Shown here in pieces: positions 12,845-27,800 of a DNA stretch of 64,000 nt (positions within the stretch are counted from its first letter, which is position 1; each line of letters begins with the position of its first letter). This DNA is from Tubiluchus corallicola. Lineage: Eukaryota > Animalia > Priapulida. The DNA lies in the NCBI GenBank assembly GCA_030141605.1, contig JAQGDQ010002376.1, forward strand, positions 416,422 to 480,421, read 5' to 3'. Position numbers and translations under genes: made by a program. The notes beneath the pieces are model-generated. The model did not search any database, was not told where the DNA came from, and saw only the letters and a program-made list of their open reading frames with translations.

Positions 12845-15800
12845 ATGAGTGGTTATTTTGGGGACTTAAGTCCTACTCAATCTGAAACTTTAGCGGAGGT
12901 ATTCGTTCAATTTTTCTTTTTCAGTGCACGATTATTAATTTACACCGCCAGGTAGATACTATCAGTTATTATTTTACACCGCCAGGTGTTTGTAAATTAT
13001 GTAGCTATCGCGCGGACGCTACAATATTGTCAATAATTATGTTTTAGGCTACAGTTCTATGTGGTATTGGTGCTAACACCTAGTAATAGCGGTTTATGGG
13101 ATGTGTGTGTGTTTCACATTATACAATTCGTCATTTGGTTCGCCAAGTAGCTGAAAATATAATTTATTTTAAAATGTTCCGTAAAACATTAACTAATTTA
13201 AGAAATTAATTAAAATGCCAAAAATAAGCTACTGTCTAGCAGTATATAAGAAAGTCTGACCTTGGTAGAGAGGTGTGGGCAATATGATTGTCAACACGTA
13301 AAACACTTTTTAGAGAATTTGCATTTAAACTTGAAATTCGCTAATATAGAAAGTGTCGTCTAATTTGTCAATCATTATGTCAATCATTTTCGTTGACTGT
13401 CCAATCAGCGTGCAAGTTATTTCACGCACCTGCAGAGCTTAATTAACGCAGGTACGTTCAGGACATTTAACCACAGCACTGTCTAACACTGTTATGAAAA
13501 ATGCTCAACTTTTCATTAAGTGGGAGAAATATTGGCCTGGTTCTAAGTGTTATTATTGTCAATTGAAATTGCAAGTGAATTAGTGGAAATATATAGTCTA
13601 GTTTCATTTATAGGAAGAAATGCACAACGCTTACGTCTGTGAGTTGTTGATTAAATCATTTTGCAATGAAGAAAATATGCAGTTTAGTTTAGTTTATGGC
13701 TTTGCAAGTTAGATAAAAACAACTATTTGATTAACTATAAATAAAGGCAAAACAAAATGTTCTCTTTTCTGGCCAGTTTTTATAAACCTCAATGAGATCG
13801 TCACACTCAAAATTAATTTAAATGTGGTCAAAACCTATATTATACATCAATGTAATATTAGTTAATTTTACGCTATTTTTCTGGTTGTAATCATGGTTAA
13901 AAGATGCCATTGGGACTCATGTAACTCGGACATTCAATATAAGGGTCGTCGATGGAATGGAATAATCAAATTTATTCTATTTCTGTAGCCTAACAAACGG
14001 AAAAATACAAAAACTGAATAAATCTTGCAGATGAGCACATGATCAGTTAATATAGAAAAATACATCGCAGGCATGATGGTATTCAAAGGCAAGAGAGACT
14101 TTTAATATTTTTGTTGCTCATTTATTTTAAAGCCATGCTAGCTGGCTTAGTCTCTTTATTATACTTATGTCTCTGTGTTTTGTAGTGCTTTAGAACTTCG
14201 TCTCTACATTCTGTTTAAATTTAAAAGTCATTTCCTTGGCTACTTGAAGTGTTAATTTTGTGTTAAAATAGCTGCTGCTTTGCAAATTTGTGTTTATGAA
14301 AAAGAGCAATCAGTTTATCTGCTGATTAGACATTAGTTGTGACTGTCACGTTGTTCAGGTCAGTTTAGTTTAGTTTAGACAGTTGTTATCCAGCGTGAGC
14401 TGTTTTTCCAAATGCCGCTGAGCGTGCTTACGTTACAGCGGAGGCAGAGCGATAGACCAATATGTTTGACGTCAATTGTGAAGGTGTACCGATTGTCCTA
14501 CTATAGCGAGATGTTGTGAAAATATTTTGCATAGCGAGAAATATAGTAAGTTCTCGCTTAACAACCACTAATTTGGATTAATGTGTTCCAGTAAAAACAC
14601 GAAGTTAGGCAAAACGTCTTTAAATGATGCATATCTTCTATAGAAAGTAATGTAAAAGTGTTGAGATATATTCAATGGAGAAAATTAATGAGGCTTAACT
14701 CAGGTAAGTTAAACGTTTTGAGTTTTATGAGTTTTTGACTTTTCTGAAAATTTTCATAAAGACGCTAGTTGCTATAGCTACAGGTTGTAGGCAGAATTCC
14801 TGTGCATAAAGTTTCACACAGGTGCCTGGAGACGTAACTGTAGGTAAAAATGGTTTTAACATTTGGCAGCGTGTTGGGAAGCAAAAGCAAATAATATTGT
14901 GCTATTGTACTTTACTAGCTGTGTTTTAGAATAAAGATTTAAAAGTTTTAGATTTAAAACTACAAAGTTGATATGATGCACATCTATGACATTATTTGAT
15001 ACTTTTCACCTTCTTTGGCTTTTATGGATTTTTTAGATGCCTCTATTTTTGTGCTCGATTTTCATTTAGTTAGTGTATTTTCTTATCATAACAGCACTTG
15101 CTTATGCCACTGGCATAAATTTGGAGTTTAACCTTTTAGTCTGTGCTGCTGTGTCAACAAATCAGTTGCTATTAATTTGCATTGACATTCTTAATCTTGA
15201 TCGGGAGATACTGATGGTGTCTGAAAGTGCGAAAATCTTGCATGTGATTATGACCAAAGATCAACAAGTTCTTCTTTGACGTTCTTAAGCTGCTAACAGC
15301 CTAAATACATGACACAGGAAGTGGTTTAGAACAATGCATGTGTTTGAATTGTCATTGCAAATATATTTACAAACAGTAGTACCACAGTTGCATAATAGCA
15401 TTATAACTTTTATAATTTTCATTACAGTAGAGATTTTAATAACAAATAATGATGAAAAATTTCCTGAAATGCAAAATATATGCAGGTAAATGATGAGGGA
15501 AATGTGGTTACTAATCGTATGACGAGCATTAGGTGATTCATGTGTCAAATTATCAGTTACTCTAAGAGATAATCAAATCTAAAGCGTAACTTTGTTTTTG
15601 TGTTGGAAAAGCAACATGTTGTGATAAACCAAAAGAATCTTTAAAAAAATACAAAGGTAGCAGCAGTTTTGCCATTTGTACAATCAACATGAAAGTTAAA
15701 ATTGCCCACTATTAAAGGTCTGCACTAGCTTTATGAAGAAGGTGGGAAAACTCGTCAAAAATCAGAGTAGGTGAATATCTGGTATAAGTTAGATGTCCAT

Positions 15801-18800
15801 AATCTAGATACAATCAGTAATCAGCACAGATATATTTTTACACATCACAAGTGCTTCCAAATATGCAATGACTTGACCTTTGTTCTCAGAAAAGCTTTAT
15901 CTGGTGTTAACGTTGAAAGATTGTGGAGTGCAAAAATGCATTACTCTGTAAACTGTAAAATTGTTCACAGGTCGATACAAAGTGGTCTCTAAAGCGTGGT
16001 CATCTTATCGTCACATTTATCTTTGAAAACTACTGGAGGCCACAGTTTACACTGTAGGAGGCTGAAGTTTGCACGAAGTTGGTGCGGACCATTGTGCAGA
16101 GCCCGATTTTTCAATTTTGAGGATTCTCTCAAATAAATGGTTCTTTTTAACGTTATTACGTCGTTGGGTTTTTTTCGTAAATGGATCTCCTTCAACACTG
16201 TTATTAATTTTTTTGTGAAAAACTGATTCCACGGTAACCATAAATGCTTTCTATGATTTTTTTATTGTAGCTATCAAATTTTACGAGAAGTAACTTTTGT
16301 TTTTCCTTTGACACGGAATTAGTTTTTTAGTGGTATAATATTATTGTTATATATCATTGTGGATAACTATGGAAAACACTAGAAATAGACTCTTGTTAGG
16401 GGGGGGGGGGAGTTGAGCAATTAATATTTGTGTTAAAAAACTAAACATGTGCCTACGTATCCAGATAACTGCACAAAGAAAGTATCTGCTTTCACATATA
16501 GGAATGTTCAAAGTATAATAATGTAAACATACATTTTTAGTTTCAGCAATTTAGTCTAAACGTTTCATGCGTGCCGGTATCATTAAGCTTTAATTTGTGT
16601 TTTTCTGAGATCTTGAATAGGAGGCTTGATTTTCCACTAAAGCCCCAGTTTTCCAAGTTTCTTCAGTTACGTATGGGCTACTCTAAACTTAACTATACCA
16701 TCTTCATAAAATTGGAGGCGCTAATTCTTCACTCTGTGAGTGTGGTTTAGTGAATTCTAGCTTTAGTGAACATTTTTTGTCCGAGTGTGTGCTTTATTCT
16801 AATCAAAGGGATATACTGTTATACAACATTGCCAGGCATACTGGCTTGTCTAATTTCAAGCTAGTAGATATATTGTCAGATATAGAAGATGCTGACCCAA
16901 GAGATTTTGATTTTGAAGCGATAATTGAAGGTCTTGTTTTATAGACAGCACTGAACGTTTAAGCAAACGGACACCATTTCAGTGTTAGAGTCACATTGCC
17001 ATGTACTCCTTTTTCAGTTTTTGTGAGGAAATTTTCCCTTTTGATAAATAGCTCCTATTGTGTTGATTGAAACATCTGCGTGAACATTTCGTCCACAGAT
17101 TTTGATGTGGAGAAAAAGCTTTATATAAGAAGCTACCTGTTATTCTTTTTTCAGTTTAAAACTCAAGTAAGGGATATAGCAAGGCCAGAATGGGATGACT
17201 ACTATTACCTTCGATGGCTGAGAGGTATGCTAATAATTAACGAATACCAATAATAGATGACATCACTTTTATTAGTTTCACATCCTGAGTTTAAAATTAA
17301 AATAAACTTTGTTTTATACAAATCGTGGTTGAAGAATCCTTAGAAGAATTAGTTAGAATATGTATAAATGAAAAAGTTATTTCTCCCATTGACCATCATT
17401 TTGCTACCTTATGAAAGTTTGTGATTTGACTGGCAGTGGTTTTGTCTATTATGACTGACACGTTACCCGCTAACTAATATCGATAATTAGGTTTTAGTGA
17501 AACTGATGTACCTTTGCTATATTCAGGTATCTATTTGACGAAAATGACTGACGAAATGACATCAAAAAATGTTGTCCATAATTTGTCCATTGATCCCTTT
17601 AGTTGTAAAAAACTCATTTAATTATCATTAAATCCACTTCAAAATTTCTATTTCAGCACGAGACTTTGAACTGAAGAAATCGGAGTTGATGCTTAGAAAT
17701 GTAAGAATTCCACTTTTTAATATGGTGTCTGAAGATTGTAATGACACACATTTAATTCTTAATGATAGGTAGATAAAACCACCCTAAAAGCAGCCAAGGT
17801 TTTAATAATTATATACACGATGTACCTGCTTAGTTTATATTATCTTATAGAAATGTAAACATGTTTCAAAGGTTTTGGACCTACAACCAAAGATTAAGAT
17901 TAAAATTGTTTATTTATCAGCTTTAAGTTTGACAGTGCATAATAAACAAAACAGTAATTTTGACAATTTTACATACTAATCAGTATTTGCTAGTAGCTTA
18001 CTTCATGTTAAAATTAAAGTTAATCATATGGAGAAAGGGTGGTGAACAACCACACAGTCAACTAAGTCAGCCACCCCAAAGTCGGCCTTATTTTGTAATG
18101 TACTGGTAATATGGTGTATGAAATGGCATTTCATAATATTGTTTATGTGTTTGTAACAATAGAAAATTGCACTACCATTAGTAGCTTTGTGATATACATT
18201 AACAACACACAGTATGCATTATCTGTCTAACTTATATGTAATAAACATTCAGCTTTCCTTTGTAGGATGTCATTTGGCGAAAGCAGATTAATGCTGACAA
18301 ACTATTGGAAGAATACAAAGTTCCAGAGGTACTGATCTTTGGGCATTGATAAATATCTTACATAATTTTCATATCATTTCTCTTGCTAACTGCAAAGACT
18401 GGGCCTTAATGCAGCATTACTGTGTGTGTAAGAAAAATGTATTATGGTCTGTGAATAGAAATTCTAATTTTTTTAAAATGTTGTTTTCTAGATAAACAGT
18501 CATTAAGGGTGCTGTGTTACTCTGAGTGGTTTAACGTTTGTTCCTTAAATTTATTAAAGTTATCCGTGTATTACTTGATCGTTAATGATTGATAGTACCA
18601 TAAGTATTATGACATAGCTTTCCATTTACTCTTCCACGTGTTATACATTACTATTTACAATGTTGCAATAATTGCTAAGCTTTACATCAAGTGGACTTAG
18701 GGGATTAGCTATCGCTGCTTGTGTTTTCTCAGGTACAAAACATAAATTAGGACATAGAGGATAATGCAAATGCCAAGCTCGCTTAACACCCAAATTTTTA

Positions 18801-21800
18801 GCAAAACAAAATATCCGTATTTGCATAGACACATATGTATCAATCAACTCATTAGAATATCGGATTCGCTATTATGCCAACTTTTTTTTAGTCCCAAATA
18901 AGGTGTAAAGATTTCTGAACGTATATGTTTCTGCTCAATAAATAACGGTATAATGCTTCTGAATTACCAGTAAACTATGACCAGTCAGCAACGTCATCCG
19001 TATTTCGATAACGGACATGTGCAAATGCAACCCAAGTCGAGCTGATGCTCATATGCTGGCAACTTGAAGTGTAGGGCAAATAACCATGAATAGTTTTGCT
19101 TTGAGTTGACAAGCAACCATTAAATGTGCAGCATTTTGCTGAGGAATTAGTATTTCTTTTGCTAAAGATCTAAGAGAACAAAAAAAAGTTGCTGCTTGAA
19201 AAGTTACTCCACTTTTCATTTTACTATAAGTTTAAGTTACAACACGATCACATTCTACTGTGAGTTGATTGCTTGTACAGTAGTGATGTGTCATGTGAGC
19301 AAGTTGCTTACGACTGTTCCTGCTTTCCGTAATAAAATTTCTCATAACAAAATGGAGTGCCCATTCTTATGGTCTGCAGCAGCTACAAAATCAGAAGTGA
19401 CAATCTCAATATTAATTTGCTGCCACACAAGTGAAGTTCAGTGGATAAGATGTCACTTAAGCGACAAAATCTTTAACTTGTGAAAAAAGCGTAAAAGTTA
19501 TTATATGAGTAGTTTAAATTTTGGGCTTTCTATTCGAAAGTATACCTGTGTCTAGTCAGATGCCATCACACGTAAATTCTTACCAAATTTATGAGGGATA
19601 ATGGGATTACGTTATATGTGCCAAGGCGATCTTTGCAGATATCCTAACATGCGCAATTATAAAATTATCGGTTCCAGCTGTCAGTCCTTCTGTCTCCATT
19701 TTTTCTTGGCTCTGGAGTAATGTTGGAAGTTGATACTTTGCACAGTGGTAGGGCAAGGTTCAAGCTTAGAGCTTGTAGATTTTGGGGTCATGTGGCACAA
19801 ATATGAATTTTTTTACTCTTCACATTTATCGATGTTCTACAATATTACCTATCACCCAGGTATATTTGATATATAAATTTTAGTGACATCAAAATTGATT
19901 TATGATTCATTAGCAACGCAGTCAGTAAAATATATTAAGCCCTTACAATGGTGTCTACGTTTCTTCACAGTCATTACTATAATGTCTTTTGGATTAATAT
20001 TACAATCCAATGCAGAAGATACATTTTAGTTAAAATAAATTTTGAATCTGGATCTAGATTTAACGTGAAATATATTATGATTATGATACCATATTGTGAT
20101 AGTGGCTGTACAGAGGTTTAGTACATTTTAAGTGGAGGCCACTATACATGTCAATTGCAGTACCTAGCCTCGACGTACATTGATTTCATCGGGCAACTAT
20201 GCCTATGTACTGAGACTCCAGCTAAAGATGCTGTTGTCTTAAATTTTGTAAAACGAATGTATTTGACAATTATTTTGCATTTCAATCACGAATGATGTCA
20301 ATTCTCAACTTGTGTGTAGTTTCTGGAAAGCCTTGTTATATTTCTTGTGATAGGACATAGGAAACTAGAACTAATTTTTCCATTTAATTTGTCACTACAG
20401 TATAGTATAATATGATTATCAATGTAACATAGGGTAGCACCTGATTATTGTTTTAAGCTGTGTGCATAGGCTAGTGATAAATCCATTTTTCAAGTATTTT
20501 TCTAAGTTGTGGGTACAAGGCTACAAGCACTTCGTTTGCTGAATAAACTGTCATGTAAACAGTTTGGAATTTTAATATAAGAAAGTCGGATTGATTTCTT
20601 GATACAAAAATTAATGATTTCTGCAGGTTTTGCTAAAATACTCTCCAAAAGGAATATGCGGAGAAGATAGGGAAGGCCATCCTGTCATGTACTATTATTT
20701 TGATCTGGATCTAAAAGGTAAACGCAGGCATGTCCATTAGTTAATTGCATTGCTTTGTACTATTTTAATAGCTGCACAAATAAAGATGCATTAGCTGAAA
20801 GCTTGAGCTCAGTCTTGAAGTCCTGTTCGAATTCTTTCTTTGGCATAGAGGAGTATGCCATAACTATTGTCATAATTAAGGATAACTGTCTCGGTCTAAA
20901 TATGAGTTAATCCAATTATACAGTGTTGTGTTGTGCTATTACTGATTGGATTGATTTTTTTCCTACTGCTGCTGAGTAAATTGTGATTTTGGGGTTTGTG
21001 TGTGCATGCGTGAATGAATGAATGAATGAGTGAATGAATGAACTAAAACTTGTTACTAGTTAAATTACTTTTAATATTTTAAGGTTTTTGAATGACTGAA
21101 TTTATAAAGGAATTGAAATTTGTTATTGATCAAAGTATGTTTATGCTAGTACTGGATAATATGTGAAAAGTGACATAATATTATAATGTGTTTTGCATGA
21201 AATATACAGTCTGCTATAAGGAATCATTCTATATTTTAGTGGATGCATTATATCAATTAGTTCATAATTTTGCATTTATCTTAGGCATGGTACACTCTGC
21301 TACTAGAAATGATGCACTAAAGTCCATGGCTCATGAACTTGAAAAAATGTACAAAGCCATGGAAGCGCAATCAAAAAAGGTAGGTGTATATATGTTGGAA
21401 TGAAAACATTTTGTAAAAAAATTCCCTGCAACATGTTGTATTTTTGTTTATACCTGCTAAGTAACCTCTTACTGAATATTCTAAACCATGTATAAGTCAG
21501 TTCTTTACCTTAATATGCCAAATGTTTTGTTTTTAAGAGTGTTAAGTATCAATAAGTGTTTTAAACATAATTAATATAATTGCTCACATATAAATTTTTA
21601 TTGATAAAATTACTGTCAGTATGTGGAATATCTGAAATGACATTTGCCAACTACTTACTTTCGTTATTGCAAAGTCATACGTAACCTGTATCATATTCTT
21701 TGTTATATTTTTTTCTTAGCACGATAAGAAAATAGAGGGCATTACAGTTGTGTTTGACCTAGAGAATCTTGCCCTGAAACATGTTACATACAAGCCTGGT

Positions 21801-24800
21801 ATGTATGATGTCTGAGGTAGATGAGTGCAAAAAGTTCTGTGTATGTGGTCATTCTATTGATGTACAATCAGTGATCATCGTTTATTATAAGGGTGGGAAT
21901 TTCGAATAATTTATTCTTCGAAGATTCGAGGAAAACATTTTTGAATAATCGAATGTTCGCCCCTGAGATATTTGACCTCGGTAGTCCACTCATGGAAATA
22001 GACAAACGCAAAATACAGGGCAGCAGTTACTGTACCACTGTAGATGTTAACAGATGAACTGATATGATAAATTATGCATACCACACTCTTATCTGGATTG
22101 AACTGTGGTGTTAATTACTGCAATATCACTGCATTACTTAGGGCTGTACATGATTGAATATAGGGCTTGTTGATTTTTTAATAACTTGTTTTTGCATAAT
22201 AAACATTTTACTGTGTTTGAATGGGACTTTTTCGAAATGTTCCCATACCGAGTTCTGCTGTTTGTTGTCATATGGACAATTAAATATATATCCAACTTCC
22301 CAGTGAATTAGTATTGCCCAGGCAATGAGCTGACATTGGTGTAATTGTTTTTCGGCTGTATGGGAGCAAAGACAGCAGATTCTTTTCATCGGGACAATGA
22401 TGTTCGCTTAGTGCCAAGGTTTTTGTCTCCGCAAATGTGTGGGTGGTATTCAATATGTGGTCAATGCAGTGTGTAGCAGAATTGGATAGTATTTTATTTG
22501 AAGCTTCAAATTATCGTTATTTGTGTACACCCCTAGTTTATTATTCGTTCAAAACAAGCTCTGAGAAGTGGTTACAGTCCCATTGACTACAGGTTGATAC
22601 TCGAGGTATATTCATGGCTTTCAGAAGCTACTTACTGCCGACAACTGAATTTAGAAATGACAATGTCTTAGATATTGCCCTGTATCAATCTTTAAAAAAC
22701 CTGAACACTAATTTATTTACATATGATTAACGTTTTTCTTCGTGTAGGTATAGATATGTGCCTAGATTTACTGCGGATGATGGAGGATCATTATCCAGAG
22801 ACTTTGTACAAACTAAATGTTGTAAATGGTAAGTGTAGCTACCTGACTCTAACCATAGATATTAAACACATTGTGTTTTGTACTTAATTTGTAGTGTAAG
22901 TTTTGTCTTTGCTTTTACATATCATCGTATAACGTGTTTTCTAAACTAGTAAAGTAATACTCGATTTACACCATTTAGAAAATTAGTTTGTACCTAGACT
23001 TATTGTTCTGAATTAGTTTATACCTAGACCTATTGTTCTGAACTAGTCTGTACCTAGACCTATTGTTCTGAATTAATCTGTACCTAGACCTATTGCTCTG
23101 AATTAATCTGTACTTAGATCTATTGTTCTGAATTAATCTGTACTTAGACCTGTTGTTCTGAATTAATCTGTACCTAGACCTATTGTTTTGAATTAATCTG
23201 TACCTAGACCTATTATTCTGAATTGGTCTGTACTTAGACCTATTGTTCTGAATTAGTCTGTACCTAGGCCTATTGTTCTGAATTAGTCTGTACTTAGACC
23301 TATTGTTCTGAATTAGTCTGTACTTAGACCTATTGTTCTGAATTAGTCTGTACTTAGACCTATTGTTCTGAATTGGTCTGTACTTGGACCTATTGTTCTG
23401 AATTAGTCTGTACCTAGGCCTATTGTTCTGAATTAGTCTGTACTTAGACCTATTGTTCTGAATTAGTCAGTACTTAGACCTATTGTTCTGAATTAGTCTG
23501 TGTCTAGACCTATTGTTCAGAATTAGCCTGTGCCTAAACCTATTGTTCTGAATTAGTCTGTGCCTAGACCTATTGCAGTTAAATGGTAAAGTTACAGATC
23601 TGGCTATTTTCTGCATTGTTTTTGTTTAATAACTGTAAACAGGGATCATGAGACAATTCTCTTTACACTATCTAATTTTGAATTAGTGTAGTTGCTGGAC
23701 TAGAATGAGTAGTGTAAATAAAAATTTTCACGAAGTACTATTTTGTTTTACAGCACCAAAGATTTTTCCTATTGCCTATGCTATTGTGAAGCCATTTCTA
23801 ACACAGCACACACGAAATAAAATTCGAATACATAGCGGTAAGAAGTCTATAAATATGTAACAGAGGCTGGAAGATAATTTTGACTATATGATTGTTTAAA
23901 GTGTAAATATGAAATATGTAATTAATGTAATTACTGTATAAAGCTTTATTTAGTTAATTTGACTGGAGAGCAAACTGCTATTACAATTTGTGCAGAATAA
24001 TAAAATAAGTTTAATTTCAAAGACTTATATGTTTTTTGGATTTCCTTAATTTTAACTAAAGAAGTCATTTTTTCAGATTAGATTACAAACTAATTGCTGA
24101 GAGAATCAGTCATTAATGTTAAGATGCTTAATCATTTCGTGTAATAGAAAATTATTTAAAAATTCTGAAAATTAGGCATGCTCACTAATTGTGGCCAAAC
24201 ATTTTGTGTGTTTGGCTTGTGGCAGATGACAGTTGGTTGTTCTTTAACAAGACAGTGCTGTTGGTTAGTCAGCTCCAACATAGCAGTTTTAGTTGATGAA
24301 ATCAAGTTATTGTTAAACTCATACAGTCTTACCTCATTATAATGCCAACCTCGCTTAATGCTCATATTTTCAGCAAAACAAAATGTCTATATTTGTGCAG
24401 ATGTAAGTATTAATACACCTTGTTATAATGCCAAATTCACTTAATGCCAACTTTTTTGCAGTCCCAAATTGGGCAGTAAGAGGAGGTTTGATTATATTAT
24501 GGAACACTTTAATTTTTCAGATAACTGGCAACAGCTAATACTTGATGATATAGCAATGGAAGAGGTTCCAGTGTTCTTTGGTGGTCAGAACAGAGGTCCA
24601 GATGGTGATCCCAAGTGTTCTCATCTTGTATGCAGCACTTGTTTGTTTGTTTATTTTTCTTCTTTAAATTAAAGATCACAGTCAAACCTTAACAGCCTGG
24701 TCTTCATTAATATTTGTTGCCGTAACTTAAATGCAACGGTGGGTGGCTGCAGTATATTGTATCATATTCTGTACTGGACTGCAACGTTATAGACAAAAGT

Positions 24801-27800
24801 TTGGAGTACTTTTTGTTAACTCTAGATTGCCTGTAATTTAGAGAGAGAAAATGTCTATGTTTTGCAAGTTACTCTTAACAGTACAAAGAAGAGATTTCTT
24901 ACTAGCCAGTATGTCCCACGTAAACAGATAATTTGCATGCTATCATATTTTGTACTGGACAGCAACGGTCTAGACAAAAATTTGGAGTAGTTTTTGTTAA
25001 CTCTAAATTTTTATTATTAAAAAAAAGAGAAAATGTCTCTATGTTTCTTAATAGCACCAAAAGAGAACAACTGCTGCTGAGAGATTCCATGTAATCAAAG
25101 AATTTACCCTCCATTTGTGGGATATACTAGTTATTCTCAGTGCTGTTAAAGAGTGTAAAAATTCTTGTTGCTGTTTAATGTGAATATGAATGATCAAGTC
25201 CGATCCGCCGGCAGGTTGATAATGTTAGTATAATATAATGTATGCAGATTAGTGAGAATATTTTGACTATGAGAAACCAATATGTCATTCAAGAGCTGAA
25301 CATAATTGCACATTTGTTTGTTGATAATTATTTAAGAATAAATTTGCATTTTGGGTGCCTTGTGGTTTTGCTCAGTGTTCTGATTGGCTGTATTAGAGGT
25401 TTCATTTTGATGAATTTGTTCATCAGTGAATTCAGTTAATGAAACCGTTAAGTCAAGGTTGCTTTTCGTTGATATGTTTACCGTATATACTCGCATATAA
25501 GCCTACATCGCATATAAGCCGACCCCCTAACACTGCTTTAAAATGGCCAGTTTTTGCAAAAACCCGTATATAAGCCGACCATCAACTTGTCTAATTTGAC
25601 TCCATACCCAATCAACAAAATTCATCCCTTTTTGTCACATTTTGTTACATTTTCTTTTTTCTCCAGGCATGGTGTATTGCACAAATAATTTTACAACTAA
25701 AATTATCAAAATTCAGCACACTTTTAAATTCTGTGGCCGCGTGCTCACGTTTGCCTCATTGGTTTGCTGTTCCTCTATAAGCCACGTGACCCTCGTCTCC
25801 CCACGCGCTGCCTACCAATTGGCTGATGACGTCGGCTTGGTTACGGCTCGCAACTGGTGACACACAGTGGTGTATTGCTAAATAAAAAGTAGGTGGACGG
25901 CTAGTCTCAAGACTTACCATTTTACATTCACAAATTTGAAAGAAATTGACATTATTTAAAACCGTTTTTTGAAAAAATGAAAACAAGTAGATTTAATATT
26001 AAACCTGTATACATTTTTAATGTTTTTTATCTAATGAATACAAAAAGCAGACATTTATTGAATTGTGAATTTTTTCTAAAAAAAAAAGTGGGTGGACGGC
26101 GATCCCCCACGATCCCCCTCCAATACACCACTGGTGACACACAACCAAATAAAGAGTCAGATAGCGATGAAAATGTGTGGCTGGAAAATTGGCATTAGTG
26201 TCTGTCCTTGTGTTCATTTTGTTTCATGTGCATATAAGCCGACCCCCTGATTTCAGTATTGTATTTTACAGTTCTAAATTCGGCTTATATGCGAGTATAT
26301 ACGGTATGTTTCGCTTTTTATTTGTCAAAACAGTTAAATCATTTCAACTGCAAGGTTTGTTTTACTTAATAATTTGTATACTTTTCAATTAATTTTTCAT
26401 ATACACTAAGTGCCTTATTAATTGTGGTGTTTCTTTTGCAATATTTCAGATTTGTTATGGAGGGGAAATCCCAAAAAGCTATTACCTTCAAAACAACAAA
26501 GAAGCTATAGATAAGACTAAGATGGACATGGCTGTTGTGAACAAGAGGGCAAATTTTTATGTTGAACATCATGTAGGAAAGGCAGGGTCCATAATCAGGT
26601 AATGAATGACGGACTTTAAGTAGATTTCTGATTTTCTAGTAAAACAGCAAATCGTGTTTTCAAATAAAATTGAAAGAGCCCTGTTGACAAAAAGAATGTC
26701 CGAAATAAGGAAGGTGTCATTGTAGATTTTTATACTCATCCTTCCCATTATTTAAAGAATTTATGCATATTATCAGCCATAGTGACAAAATTTCTGCAGA
26801 GTAAAGTGGTCTTTTCTTTCTACCAATTAGCAATCTGTTCTAGTCCTATATTTCCACATTTCTCTATGTCATGTTATGTCTGCAAACAAAAACTCTCAAA
26901 TATATGCATTTTTGTACCCAAATTAAGTTAAATTGCTTGGAGAAGTATTCTGAGAAAATTTTGTCTGCAAAAATATAACAGTGTTGTACTGTTTGACTAA
27001 TAATATTTTATATTTTGTCCTGACATGTAGGTAAGTTTATAATCAAGGGCGGATACTGGCTTTTGAAAAATGGTGGGCCCAACAAAAGGCAGTTAATGGG
27101 TCTGGGGAAGCATTGTAATATTCAGCAATATAGTGGTATACAGTGTACATGGTGTACTTAAATTTCATGTGTTTTGAAAAGTAGAACTCTTGTGATATAG
27201 GATTTTTATAGGTATTAAATTTTAGTAAAGCCACTGCTAGGATTTAGCAAATCGTTCTAATGCTTATAATCCAGAGAAAATATTTATTTGATGTGTTGTA
27301 AGTGCTACTGTGAAAGGGGAGCAGGTTTCTTAGACCCATCCTCTAAATCTGCAACTGATAATCCATAACCTGATCCTGAAAGGTATGGCTAGGTAGTTGC
27401 TAATTGTCTCTAAGCAGCCCTAATCAGAAAACATTATAACTGCAAATGTTAAACATTTGGTGGGTTTTCTGTGTTTTAAATATTTAGTATAACTGATTTG
27501 TTATAATTGTTTAGGTTAACGCTTCTAGTGGACCAAGTCATTTTCTTTAAAAGAGATGCACAGATAGATCTTGTTTTGATGTCTCACCAGCTTTGCTTAT
27601 CACTAGTATATCTGTATTAACAAAAAGCAGGCAACCTTATAGATTTTTTTATAATGCTGTCACACTGATCTGTTTGCAATAATTAAAACTGTCGATGTCT
27701 AAAATAAGCACTGTAAAGTAGCTTTGGTTGAGCCATCGTTCTTCATGGGTATTGGCCATTTATAAACGTCTTTGTTTCCTACTACAAGTTAATTTTGGTT

